DNA of 64,000 bases from NCBI GenBank assembly GCA_902528805.1, contig CABZUC010000001.1, positions 16,908 through 80,907 on the forward strand. Reading direction: 5' to 3'. Source of the DNA: an uncultured Alphaproteobacteria bacterium (GTDB taxonomy: Bacteria > Pseudomonadota > Alphaproteobacteria > HIMB59). The notes below the pieces were generated by a model. The model did not search any database. It had not been told where the DNA came from and was given only the letters and a program-made list of their open reading frames with translations. Of this stretch, positions 18,333 through 28,040 are shown in pieces; within the stretch, counting starts at the first letter, position 1, and every line of letters begins with the position of its first letter. The translations under genes and the position numbers were made by a program.

Positions 18333-18733
18333 AATAACTGATTGGTTATTTTACATTCCATTGAATACATGGTTTTAAGTGAAGTGTCTTTAAACGTTTC
18401 GCCACTTATTTCTAAAGTAAATCTATTTAATTCGAGAATTTCAGAGTGTATTACATTCATTGATATATTCTCATATCGATAATAATAAATAGCTTCATCA
18501 GATTTTTTGCTATCTAAATAATATTCTTTGTTACCATATTCGTAATATCTTATTAAAGATGTATCATTACTGTTAAATACCAATATATTTGGATTTTTAA
18601 AATTGTGATTAAATGATTTTTCCCCATCTGGTCCAACAATCATTTCTTTTATGTAATCACAACTTAGCTTTATATCCTCACTCCAACTCAAACTAGGAAT
18701 TAATAATAATAGGGATAGAAGGGTTTTGAGCAT
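18329..18733 (-). CDS. Secreted hypothetical protein with the shared leader
   Basis: MLKTLLSLLLLIPSLSWS|EDIKLSC...LNRFTL...C. Start moved from 18763 to the leader ATG. Confidence 0.75.
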   Translation of the reverse strand: MLKTLLSLLLLIPSLSWSEDIKLSCDYIKEMIVGPDGEKSFNHNFKNPNILVFNSNDTSLIRYYEYGNKEYYLDSKKSDEAIYYYRYENISMNVIHSEILELNRFTLEISGETFKDTSLKTMYSMECKITNQLL

Positions 18734-18735
18734 AT

Positions 18736-19743
18736 TTAGAATGGAATTTTTTTTTGAGGCCATCCTGAATTTCTACATCTAGTGTCTTTATTCGGAGCAG
18801 TATTGCATATGATTATAGCATGAGCAAAATGTGCTTGGGGATTTGTAGATAATTGATCTATAAGTTCTTTGCAACTTGACCAAAATTCATCACAATTATT
18901 GGATTTTCCAATATTTGCATATTTAATTTTTAGATCTGGTATCTCAATATTTTTAGATGTGGCGTCATCCATATAGTTACGATAAGGGCCAAATTTTAAA
19001 CGAATTTTTTCTGTTCCAGCTAAAGTGTTACCATAGTAGCTTGAAACTAATTTTCCATCAATCCAAAGATGTAAAAATCCCTCATCAGCCCATTTAGCAT
19101 TTATTAAAATATTAACCCATTTACCTTTTAACTGAATTTTACTCTCATTAAGGTCAAGTCCAAATGTATCAAAATAATATTGAACCCCAACTTCATTTTT
19201 ATCTTTGTAAAAATTTTTAGAATTAAATATCCAAGCAAATCTTCCATTTGAATAATTAAATGATGGGCCAACACCAACTTCTGTTTTGCCATTTATTATT
19301 TTAAAATCGAAGATACTTAAATTATGCTTATTAGTAAAATAATTTTCATCTAAGAAATATTCTATGCGGTACCATTTTGTTTGATTTTTTTTTGTGACCT
19401 CATTAATTGTTTCCATAATTTGAAAACGTTGAGCATGTCCTGGATTTCCCCATCTAATCCAATCATTATCATGACCCTTATCTGAATATTTAATATTAAA
19501 TTCTACACCTTTTTCTTTAACACCTAGTTTATCTTCAAATTCTTCAAAAAAGTTTACTAGTCCTTTTTTCTCTTTAATATTTCTAGTTGTAAAAACCATA
19601 TTACCGTCTAATTCACCTCTTAAGACGAAATCATTATAATTTTTTATTTCTATTTTTGACATCTTACCCTCGAATTCATTAGCAAGTAACAAAGACGAGG
19701 AAGATACAAATATCAATAACAATAAAGTTAAGAGAGTTTTCAT
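18736..19743 (-). CDS. Secreted polysaccharide-lyase-like protein
   Basis: MKTLLTLLLL leader (ATG 19743); QRFQI, WY, W.NI...AKW...GFLHLWIDG..YYG.T and LKFGPYR. Confidence 0.7.
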   Translation of the reverse strand: MKTLLTLLLLIFVSSSSLLLANEFEGKMSKIEIKNYNDFVLRGELDGNMVFTTRNIKEKKGLVNFFEEFEDKLGVKEKGVEFNIKYSDKGHDNDWIRWGNPGHAQRFQIMETINEVTKKNQTKWYRIEYFLDENYFTNKHNLSIFDFKIINGKTEVGVGPSFNYSNGRFAWIFNSKNFYKDKNEVGVQYYFDTFGLDLNESKIQLKGKWVNILINAKWADEGFLHLWIDGKLVSSYYGNTLAGTEKIRLKFGPYRNYMDDATSKNIEIPDLKIKYANIGKSNNCDEFWSSCKELIDQLSTNPQAHFAHAIIICNTAPNKDTRCRNSGWPQKKIPF

Positions 19744-19754
19744 CACCGAGCAAC

Positions 19755-21116
19755 TTAATTGAACGGAATTAAATGTGCTTCCACTAGATTGGTGAATCTT
19801 TCCCAAGAGTCTTCATATGCCTCTTGATTTCTTCCTGCCTCAAAGGACTCAAATTCCCAACAATGTTTTCTTGCTCTGGCTCTTTTTATGGAGTCCCCCT
19901 TTCTACCATACCATCCTCCATTTTCAGTAATGTTAAAATGAAAGTCTGGATCATCAGGTAGGACCCATTCATTTCCATTATTGTCAGTATAAAGGCGACA
20001 TTGAGAGTCTGGAACTGTGCCACTATCAAATTTGATTGGCTGACCATCAAAGTTGTGAAGAGCGTTTTCATAATCTACGATTTGTTTTTGAGGTTTATCA
20101 ACTGATATTTTTTTTATCCACTCATGACATACCTGATTACGTGTTTTTTCCCCTTTATCACCTTTTGGGCTAAAAATCATTAAAGGAGCATCAGTAGTTT
20201 TAGTATTTTCATACTGATAACAATAAGTGTAATAGGCAATATGAAGAGCAAACCGATTTTTAGGTTTTATTACATCTAAATTAAACATATTTTGCGCCTC
20301 AACAGATACACTCCCGCCGTAGCTCCAACCCATAATTCCAATTTTTTTACTATCAATTTGTTTATTTTTGGCAATCACATCTATTGCCTTTAAAGAGTCA
20401 ACTGCACCCTGAGTAATTGTTGTCCATTGTATATCTGCATCTGGATCAAATTCGTTTCTAGGGCTTCCTCTTGAAAAAAATATTTTAGGTTCAAATGTTG
20501 CAATACAATTTCTTTGGAGGTAGTACTTATATTCAGTCATTATTGAACCTCCAGCATGGTGAATTAAAAACATTACTGGATGTTTTTTTATACCCTTGCA
20601 TTCCTTGAACTTAGGAATCTCTAAAAAACCATAAGCGGAGATTTTTTTATTATCACTTAATCCATTAAATAGGTCATTTTGAGTAAACACATTATAACTT
20701 TCAAAATTGATTTTAGTTTTAACTACATTATTTTTGTAACATTCAAAAAGTTCATTTTTTGTGAGTTGCTTATTAAATCCATAAATCAATTCGATTTTAT
20801 CTGATTTATCATTAGTATCATATTTTATTTGGGTCACCACATTTCCATTTATGAAAAGAGGCTTTTGTTTAAAAGTATCATTGTCTCTATATTTTACACC
20901 CCAGTATTCACCTTCGATAAAATTTGCATTACTTCCAAATAGCCAAATATCTCTATTCTCTTTTTTGGTATAATATGTTTTAAAAGCGTAATCCTGTTTT
21001 ACTTTGCATATTTCTTGAGTGTCACTTTCTTGTATCCATCTTTGCCACACCAAATTAGCTTGAAGACTCTTAGTGAAGAATAAGCAAAAAAAGATTAAAT
21101 AAATAAAAGTTTTCAT
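19755..21116 (-). CDS. Secreted dienelactone-hydrolase-like alpha/beta hydrolase
   Basis: ID.KKIGIMGWSYGG nucleophile elbow and Y.NA.H.FD. Signal peptide MKTFIYLIFF..SLQA from ATG 21116. Confidence 0.8.
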   Translation of the reverse strand: MKTFIYLIFFCLFFTKSLQANLVWQRWIQESDTQEICKVKQDYAFKTYYTKKENRDIWLFGSNANFIEGEYWGVKYRDNDTFKQKPLFINGNVVTQIKYDTNDKSDKIELIYGFNKQLTKNELFECYKNNVVKTKINFESYNVFTQNDLFNGLSDNKKISAYGFLEIPKFKECKGIKKHPVMFLIHHAGGSIMTEYKYYLQRNCIATFEPKIFFSRGSPRNEFDPDADIQWTTITQGAVDSLKAIDVIAKNKQIDSKKIGIMGWSYGGSVSVEAQNMFNLDVIKPKNRFALHIAYYTYCYQYENTKTTDAPLMIFSPKGDKGEKTRNQVCHEWIKKISVDKPQKQIVDYENALHNFDGQPIKFDSGTVPDSQCRLYTDNNGNEWVLPDDPDFHFNITENGGWYGRKGDSIKRARARKHCWEFESFEAGRNQEAYEDSWERFTNLVEAHLIPFN

Positions 21117-21184
21117 TTTTACTTTTATGAAAGTGATGATGGATGTTGATATTCTTTTAGACAATACAATATTTTCAATAATTT

Positions 21185-22117
21185 TTACCATGAGGCCTCT
21201 ATAAAATATGGTGTTATAATTTTACCATCTAAATCTTTCAATGACTCGCAAGTATATCCGAGATCTTTCAATAGATTAGAAAAACCCTCTGCTGTACATT
21301 TCTTTGCTCTAGCAATACCGTCATACCAAGCAATTATTTTACCATTAAAACTTTTTGGAGCATTATTTTGGTAAATACCATATCTAAATGAAGGTCCATA
21401 AGATTTACCTTTGTAACTATATGTGTTTGTTATAAACCCTTCCTCAGAATATTTTAAATCTCCATTTACATACATATTGAAAAACCCTTTTTTGCCCCAC
21501 TTAGCATGAAGAATAATATCGTGCCACTGGTTAAATAAAATATCTTTTGGAATGATTGTGCTATTTTCGTGGTTTTCAACAACACCATCTTTTGTACAAT
21601 GCTGTCGCGAAATAACTAAACCCTCATATTTTTTTTTATATTGCAATATAAATACATTTTCAGATCCATAATCTCGGCATTGAGGAAAAACCTTGTTTTC
21701 ATTTCCTAGTTTCATTTGCCCAAATTGAATTAAATGATTGTCAATTTCTTTATGAGAAGTAGAAGAATAAGTAAGCTCTGAATTATCTATAAAAAATGAC
21801 CATGCGTACCAATTTTCTCCACTTTCTTTTGTATTTATATATGCCTCAGTTCTTCCAAAAGAACCTTTAAATTTTCCCCTTCCACAGTCAAAACCATTGC
21901 AATCGAAAGCTCTGAATTCAAATCGATGCGAAGAACCGCCAAATCTTGAAAATTCATCGTCAACATTTTGACTCCATTCTTTACCTGCATCCAAATCATG
22001 CTTGTCAATGGTTGGCCAACCATATCCTTTATAAGCACCTAATTGTTTACCATCACTAAAAGTAAGACCCCAACTCAAACAAGGTATAAGAAAAAATGAA
22101 ACAATAAACTTATTCAT
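21185..22117 (-). CDS. Secreted polysaccharide-lyase-like protein
   Basis: IPCLSWGLTFSDGKQ leader (ATG 22117); S.RFEFR..DC, GRTE, WYAWSFF, QWHD...HAKW...G, FRYGIY and WYD. Confidence 0.75.
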   Translation of the reverse strand: MNKFIVSFFLIPCLSWGLTFSDGKQLGAYKGYGWPTIDKHDLDAGKEWSQNVDDEFSRFGGSSHRFEFRAFDCNGFDCGRGKFKGSFGRTEAYINTKESGENWYAWSFFIDNSELTYSSTSHKEIDNHLIQFGQMKLGNENKVFPQCRDYGSENVFILQYKKKYEGLVISRQHCTKDGVVENHENSTIIPKDILFNQWHDIILHAKWGKKGFFNMYVNGDLKYSEEGFITNTYSYKGKSYGPSFRYGIYQNNAPKSFNGKIIAWYDGIARAKKCTAEGFSNLLKDLGYTCESLKDLDGKIITPYFIEASW

Positions 22118-22216
22118 TAAATTTAAAAAAAAATACCAAAAAATTAATTTTTTTTCAAAAGCATATATCAAATAGTTGTTTATAATTAAAATTCTTGAGA
22201 ATTTTAAATTTTTAAT

Positions 22217-24046
22217 ATGCAAAAAAATAGTCATTTTAAGCAAATTTTGGATAATATTTTGTCAGATAGCGAACAATCTAATTTATCATTAGTTAATTCA
22301 AGTGACGAATTATCAAAGCTTTGTAGGGCATTTATAATTCAATTTTATAAAGAAAATCCAGATAACAACGAGTCCTGTTCAATTTTGGAATCTAAAAGAA
22401 ATAACCCAATATTAAAATTATTTGATAATTTTTTTAATATTGATGAGATAAATATTTCAAGTCTTTCAAAGTCAACTTCGAAAGATCATATGTGGGATTT
22501 ATTTTGTCCAGAAGCTATTGAGGCATCTGAAGATTCAAATGCGTTATCAAAGAAATTATTAGAAAAAAGAAAATTAAATAATATCAAAGAGAGTAAAAAT
22601 TTATTAACAAATCCATCAAAAGAAATTTTATTTTCAAGTAATGTACTAATAACTACCCCTTTAGATTTTTCTTCCCAAAATATTCCTGAAGAAATTAAAT
22701 ATGAAGTACAAGAATATAAAAATCTTAATCAAAGTTTTTGGTATGATCACCCTATCCCTTTAGATGCTTCAAAAGATGAAAATGAAATTATACATGGATT
22801 GGAAAATCTTGATAATGCTTTAGCTCTTGAGGTTCAAAGAAATAATATTGATAAATTTGATAAAATTACTCTTGTTTTATCAGTTTCAGTTACTCATAAA
22901 GGTTTAGAGGAAATTGCACTTAAATATATAAAATCTATAACTAAAAAATATTTAAAATTAAAATATATCGACCTCTTTTTATACGATGAAGATACTTGCA
23001 AAAAAATTACTTCATCCATATTTCCTGATAAATATCAAACTAATTACATTATGGGCGTAAATGGAAATTATGGGCGACATTTTACCTTTTTAAAATACAT
23101 ACTACTGCTTTGGAATAAATTTGTGGACTCAAATATGAGGTATAGCTTTAAAATAGATCTTGACCAAATTTTTGATCAAGAGGCTCTTTTAAAAACAACA
23201 GGATTTTCAATTTTTGAGATTTTTAAAAATCAAAAATATTGGGGTGGTACAGCTACTGATCATGAAGGAAAAAATGTTGATCTTGGCTTATTAGCGGGTG
23301 CTTTGGTTAATAAAAAAGATATCTCTCAAGGTTTGTTTACACCAGATGTTAAAAGACCTGTAAATAATGATTTATTTTCAAAGCTTTCTTCAAAGAAAAT
23401 TTTTTGTCCAGAGTGGCCTCAGTCAATTTCTACCGAAACTGAGTTAATGTACCGTTTAGATGATATTCAAAGAGTCCATGTAACAGGTGGTACAACCGGG
23501 ATAACTTTAGAAAGTTTAAAAAAATGGGCACCCTTTACTCCTAGTTTTATAAATAGGGCAGAGGATCAAGCTTTTGGTATTTCCACTATTCAAGAAAATG
23601 AATATTTAAGTCACTGTCATGGAAAAAATTTAATTATGAGACATGACAAACATGCTTTCGCTACAAAAAGTATCGAAACATCTAAATTTGGAAAAGAGAT
23701 TGGAAACTTAGAAAGAATATTGTTATTTAGTAATTACGCGACTGAGCATGAATTAGGTTATGACAAATTAAAACGTAGGTTATGGCCATTTACTTCATCC
23801 TTTCTATCGAAGTATCCTGAACTTTTAACTGGGCTTATATTTTTAATTGATGGATGTTTTAACGGAGGTGATTATGTCAGCTCTGGATCGAAAAGATTAA
23901 TGAATACTCATCTTTTTTGTAAAACGAAATTAAATACACAACTGCAAAATGAAAAATTTTTTTGGAAAGAGCTTGTGGAAAGATTAGAGAATTTCAAAGA
24001 TTTTAATAATAACCTAAAATCAATCATTAGTTCAAATAAGATCTAA
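22217..24046 (+). CDS. Conserved hypothetical protein, possibly glycosyltransferase-like
   Basis: 609-aa ORF with enzyme-like motifs WYDHPI, YGRHF.FLK, FKIDLDQ (DxD), RVHVTGGT and RAEDQA. Confidence 0.6.
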   Translation: MQKNSHFKQILDNILSDSEQSNLSLVNSSDELSKLCRAFIIQFYKENPDNNESCSILESKRNNPILKLFDNFFNIDEINISSLSKSTSKDHMWDLFCPEAIEASEDSNALSKKLLEKRKLNNIKESKNLLTNPSKEILFSSNVLITTPLDFSSQNIPEEIKYEVQEYKNLNQSFWYDHPIPLDASKDENEIIHGLENLDNALALEVQRNNIDKFDKITLVLSVSVTHKGLEEIALKYIKSITKKYLKLKYIDLFLYDEDTCKKITSSIFPDKYQTNYIMGVNGNYGRHFTFLKYILLLWNKFVDSNMRYSFKIDLDQIFDQEALLKTTGFSIFEIFKNQKYWGGTATDHEGKNVDLGLLAGALVNKKDISQGLFTPDVKRPVNNDLFSKLSSKKIFCPEWPQSISTETELMYRLDDIQRVHVTGGTTGITLESLKKWAPFTPSFINRAEDQAFGISTIQENEYLSHCHGKNLIMRHDKHAFATKSIETSKFGKEIGNLERILLFSNYATEHELGYDKLKRRLWPFTSSFLSKYPELLTGLIFLIDGCFNGGDYVSSGSKRLMNTHLFCKTKLNTQLQNEKFFWKELVERLENFKDFNNNLKSIISSNKI

Positions 24047-24109
24047 CTTACAATATCTTCAAATATAGTTTTTTGTATAATTGCTAATAAATTAGTATTA
24101 AATGTAGTT

Positions 24110-24709
24110 ATGGGTTTAGAAATTAGAAAGTTTGTAAACTACTCTGAATTAGTACATATAGAAGGTTTTAAAAAAGCTGATAAAGCTCTACATATATTTG
24201 CTGTTGCAGCTGTCATAACAAATCCTTGGTCTGGTCAATATATTGATGATTTAAAACCAGAAATTCAATCATTTGCACCCATTCTAGGACAAGAATTATC
24301 AGAGAGAATACTTAAAATTGCTGGAGGCCCCGATCACGTTGAAGCCTACGGGAAGGCTGCAGTAGTGGGAACTGAGGGGGAAATTGAACATGGTTCTGCA
24401 TTTACTCATACACTTAGATTTGGAAACTTTTTTCGAAATGCAGTTGATGCAAAAACTTATCTAATTTTTACAAATACCAGGGGGCCAGCTAATGCCCCTA
24501 TAATGATACCCTTAATGGACAAACACGATCCTGGCAAAAGATCTCATTATCACACAATTCAATTTGCAATTTCAGATAGTCCAGCTGCAAACGAAATTGT
24601 TATTGCTTTGGGTGGAGCTGACGGTGGAAGACCCCATCATAGAATTGGAGATCGATATCAAGATTTAAAAGAACTTGGTAATGATATCGATGATCCTGCG
24701 AAAAAATAA
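24110..24709 (+). CDS. AA_synth (DUF1185) family protein
   Basis: AAVI.NPW.G, EAYGKAAVVG..GEIEH, RSHY and GGRPH.RIG. Confidence 0.9.
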   Translation: MGLEIRKFVNYSELVHIEGFKKADKALHIFAVAAVITNPWSGQYIDDLKPEIQSFAPILGQELSERILKIAGGPDHVEAYGKAAVVGTEGEIEHGSAFTHTLRFGNFFRNAVDAKTYLIFTNTRGPANAPIMIPLMDKHDPGKRSHYHTIQFAISDSPAANEIVIALGGADGGRPHHRIGDRYQDLKELGNDIDDPAKK

Positions 24710-25505
24710 ATCTCAAAAAGGTATTGCTTTTCATAAATCTGGCAAAGGGGATCCAATTATTTTAATTCATGGTCTTGGACTGAGTGCAGAGTGTTGGTAT
24801 AGGCAAATTTCTTTTTTAAAAAAAAATTATACTGTTTATGCATTAGACCTACCCGGACATGGCAAAAGTGATCTCTTATCACAAGCAAAACCTCAATTAA
24901 AAAACTACAGCAGTAAAATAATAAATTTTATTAAAGATAAAAAAATTATTAAACCAATATTAATTGGACACTCTTTGGGGGCCTTAATAACTATACAAAT
25001 AGCAGGTCAAAATCCAAAACTATTAAAATCTGGTATTGCTGTATCACCGATTTTTAATAGATCAAAATTAGCATTAAAAAATGTTCAAGTTAGAGCTAAA
25101 GAATTAGAATTGAATACTGATAAAAAAAATATTGCTAAGGAGCCTCTTAAAAGATGGTTTGGTTCATCTAAAACTAAAATTGCTCTTGATAATTATAAAT
25201 TTGTTGAACGTTTAATTAAAAATAATAAAAGATCATTTAATTATAAAGGTTACTCGATTGGTTATAAAACTTTTTCAGAAATTAAAGGAAACACCAATGA
25301 GGTGATTAAGAAAATTAAATGTCCAATGATGTACATTACAGGTGAAAAAGATCAAAATTCCTCTCCTTTGATGTCAAAAAAATTAGCTAGATTTCATAAC
25401 AGTAAAGTATTGATTATAAAAAATGCAAGACATGTTTTATTTTTAACTCATTTCAATCAATTTAATTTTCATTTAAATCAATTTATTAAGGGTTTAGAGT
25501 ATTAA
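24675..25505 (+). CDS. Alpha/beta fold hydrolase
   Basis: LIHGLG, DLPGHG.S, GHSLG, TGE.D and ARH. The true start is probably 24681 or 24690. Confidence 0.9.
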   Translation: MVMISMILRKNKSQKGIAFHKSGKGDPIILIHGLGLSAECWYRQISFLKKNYTVYALDLPGHGKSDLLSQAKPQLKNYSSKIINFIKDKKIIKPILIGHSLGALITIQIAGQNPKLLKSGIAVSPIFNRSKLALKNVQVRAKELELNTDKKNIAKEPLKRWFGSSKTKIALDNYKFVERLIKNNKRSFNYKGYSIGYKTFSEIKGNTNEVIKKIKCPMMYITGEKDQNSSPLMSKKLARFHNSKVLIIKNARHVLFLTHFNQFNFHLNQFIKGLEY

Positions 25506-25520
25506 CGGGTTAATCAAAAT

Positions 25521-26558
25521 ATGAAATTTTCCTTATTTGTTCATATGATCAGAGATAATGCTGATCAATCATACACTCAATTATATGAGGATTTCATTAG
25601 TCTATGCCAAATGGCGGATCAAAGTGACATGAGAGCAATCTGGACTGGTGAGCATCATGCGATGAACTATGCGATTGCTCCAAATCCCTTTATTACGATT
25701 ACAGATCTTTGCCGATATACAAAAAAGATAAAATTGGGAACAGGAACATTGATCGTTCCTTTTTGGCATCCAATTAAGTTAGCTGGCGAAGCAGCTATGA
25801 CTGACGTCTTGTCTAACGGCAGATTAGAATTAGGTCTTGCTAGAGGGGCTTACTTGTATGAATACGATAGAATTATACCTGGAATGGACGCTATGGAAGC
25901 TGGTTTACGCATGAGAGAAATAGTTCCAACTCTTCAAAAGTTGTGGAAGGGTGACTATGCTCATGATGGAAAATATTTTCAATTTCCAAGCACAACTTCT
26001 ATTCCCAAACCTTTACAAGATAATGGACCTCCAATATGGATAGCAGCCAGAGACCCTAATAGCCATGAATTTGCTATAGCTAACGGTTGGGATGTTCAAG
26101 TAACACCACTATGGAAAGGCTTTGATGAAATTGAAAGATTAAAAAATATATTTGATGATATATGCATGAAATATTCTGATAAACCAAAACCATTATCTAT
26201 GGTTCTCAATCACTGCTATATAGGTGGTAATGATGATGACATAAAAAAAGGTGCTGTCGCTGTATCAAAATTTTATAATAACTTTGGTGCTTGGTATAAA
26301 AACAATCGATCAGTTATTCAAGGAACAATGGACCCTCTTACTCAAGAGGAATTAGATAATAATGAAATGTGTTCGCCAAATGAGATGAAAAAAAATCAAA
26401 ATATTGGAACCTTAAACAAAGTAATTGATAATATTAAACGATATGAAGATTTAGGCTTTGATGAGTACTCTATTTGGATTGACTCTCACTTAAGTATAGA
26501 AGATAAAAAAGTTTTTTTAGATAGATTTATCTCTGATGTAATGCCTCGGTTTAAATAA
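25521..26558 (+). CDS. LLM-class flavin-dependent monooxygenase
   Basis: W.GEHH, WHPI.LAGEAA..D..S.GRLELG.ARG and PKP.Q..GPPIWIAA. Confidence 0.92.
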   Translation: MKFSLFVHMIRDNADQSYTQLYEDFISLCQMADQSDMRAIWTGEHHAMNYAIAPNPFITITDLCRYTKKIKLGTGTLIVPFWHPIKLAGEAAMTDVLSNGRLELGLARGAYLYEYDRIIPGMDAMEAGLRMREIVPTLQKLWKGDYAHDGKYFQFPSTTSIPKPLQDNGPPIWIAARDPNSHEFAIANGWDVQVTPLWKGFDEIERLKNIFDDICMKYSDKPKPLSMVLNHCYIGGNDDDIKKGAVAVSKFYNNFGAWYKNNRSVIQGTMDPLTQEELDNNEMCSPNEMKKNQNIGTLNKVIDNIKRYEDLGFDEYSIWIDSHLSIEDKKVFLDRFISDVMPRFK

Positions 26559-28039
26559 TGGAAAAATTAGCTAATCACTATCAGCTTTATATTAATGGGG
26601 AATGGAAATCTGGTTCCAAAAGTCAAATAATGCACTCAGAAAATCCCCGCGATAATAAACCGTGGGCTAGTTTTGATTGTGCTAGCAAAGAAGATATAGA
26701 TGATGCAATAGTTTATGCAAGAAACGCTCTAGCTTCTAAAGCTTGGGGTTCATTAAATGCCACTGAAAGAGGAAAATTATTATTTAAACTTGCAGATTTA
26801 ATTGAAATAAATGCAGACAAAATCGGAGAGATAGAAACAAAGGATAGTGGAAAATTATTAGCAGAAACAGTTACACAAACTAAATATGTCTCTGACTATT
26901 ATAGATACTTTGCAGGGTTAGCTGATAAGATTGAGGGCTCTACTCTACCAATTGATAAGAAAGATATGCATGTTTTTACAACACACCTTCCAATTGGTGT
27001 AGTAGCTGCTATTGTTCCTTGGAATGCTCAAATGTTTCTAACAGCTACGAAATTAGCACCTGCTTTAGCTGCAGGATGTAGTGTTATAATAAAAGCATCA
27101 GAAATAGCCCCATGTGCTATGTTTGAATTATCAAAATTAATCCATGAAGCTGGCTTCCCAAAAGGAGTAGTCTCGATAGTAACTGGTGATGCGGAAAATT
27201 GTTCAGCTTCTTTAACCTCACACCCTGATATTGATAGAATAGCTTTTACTGGTGGGACTGATACAGCTAAAAAAATTATACAAAACTCCGCAAATAATTT
27301 TGCTGCAACTAATCTAGAGCTCGGAGGAAAATCTCCTATGATTATTTTTGATGATGCTGACCTTGAGAGTGCAGCAAATGGAATAATTGCAGGAAACTTT
27401 GGTGCCTCTGGACAGTCTTGTGTAGCTGGTAGTAGAGTAATATTGGATAAAAAAATATCAAAAAAAATAATTGATTTAATTGTACAAAAGTCAAAGTCAA
27501 TTATCGTAGGAGATCCTGAAAATTTAAAAACTAATCTAGGTCCACTTTGCACAAAAAATCAAATTCAAAAAATTGAACAAACACTAAAAAAATCAATTCA
27601 ACAAGGAGGAAAAATTATCTTTGGTGGAAATAAAATTAGTGGAGAAGGTAATTACTTTGAGCCAACTTTAATACATTGTCCAAATTGTGAAATCGAAACA
27701 CTTAAAATTGAAATGTTTGGGCCAGTGATCTCAATAATAGACTTTGAGAGTGAGGAAGAAGCAGTCAATATTGCAAATAGCTCAAAATATGGACTTGGGT
27801 CAGGAATTTTTACAAAAAATTTAGCTAGAGCACATCGAGTATCAAGACAAATTCAAGCAGGAATTTGTTGGATAAATACATATCGAGCTATTTCACCTAT
27901 TGCACCTTTTGGAGGTTTTAATCAATCTGGCTATGCAAGGGAGGCTGGAAAACAATCCATTTTAGATTACACAAGAATAAAGACAACGTGGATTAATATA
28001 TCTGATGACCCCATGACTAATCCTTTTATTATGAGGTAG
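26558..28039 (+). CDS. Aldehyde dehydrogenase
   Basis: PWN, FTGG, LELGGKSP, GQSC and E.FGPV. Confidence 0.95.
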   Translation: MEKLANHYQLYINGEWKSGSKSQIMHSENPRDNKPWASFDCASKEDIDDAIVYARNALASKAWGSLNATERGKLLFKLADLIEINADKIGEIETKDSGKLLAETVTQTKYVSDYYRYFAGLADKIEGSTLPIDKKDMHVFTTHLPIGVVAAIVPWNAQMFLTATKLAPALAAGCSVIIKASEIAPCAMFELSKLIHEAGFPKGVVSIVTGDAENCSASLTSHPDIDRIAFTGGTDTAKKIIQNSANNFAATNLELGGKSPMIIFDDADLESAANGIIAGNFGASGQSCVAGSRVILDKKISKKIIDLIVQKSKSIIVGDPENLKTNLGPLCTKNQIQKIEQTLKKSIQQGGKIIFGGNKISGEGNYFEPTLIHCPNCEIETLKIEMFGPVISIIDFESEEEAVNIANSSKYGLGSGIFTKNLARAHRVSRQIQAGICWINTYRAISPIAPFGGFNQSGYAREAGKQSILDYTRIKTTWINISDDPMTNPFIMR

Positions 28040-28040
28040 T

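Noticed and set aside
18733-22243. Long N-terminal extensions and large overlaps given by the ORF track (starts 18763, 19806, 21191, 22243)
   Set aside because: Downstream ATGs at 18733, 19743, 21116 and 22117 begin clear signal peptides and remove the overlaps.
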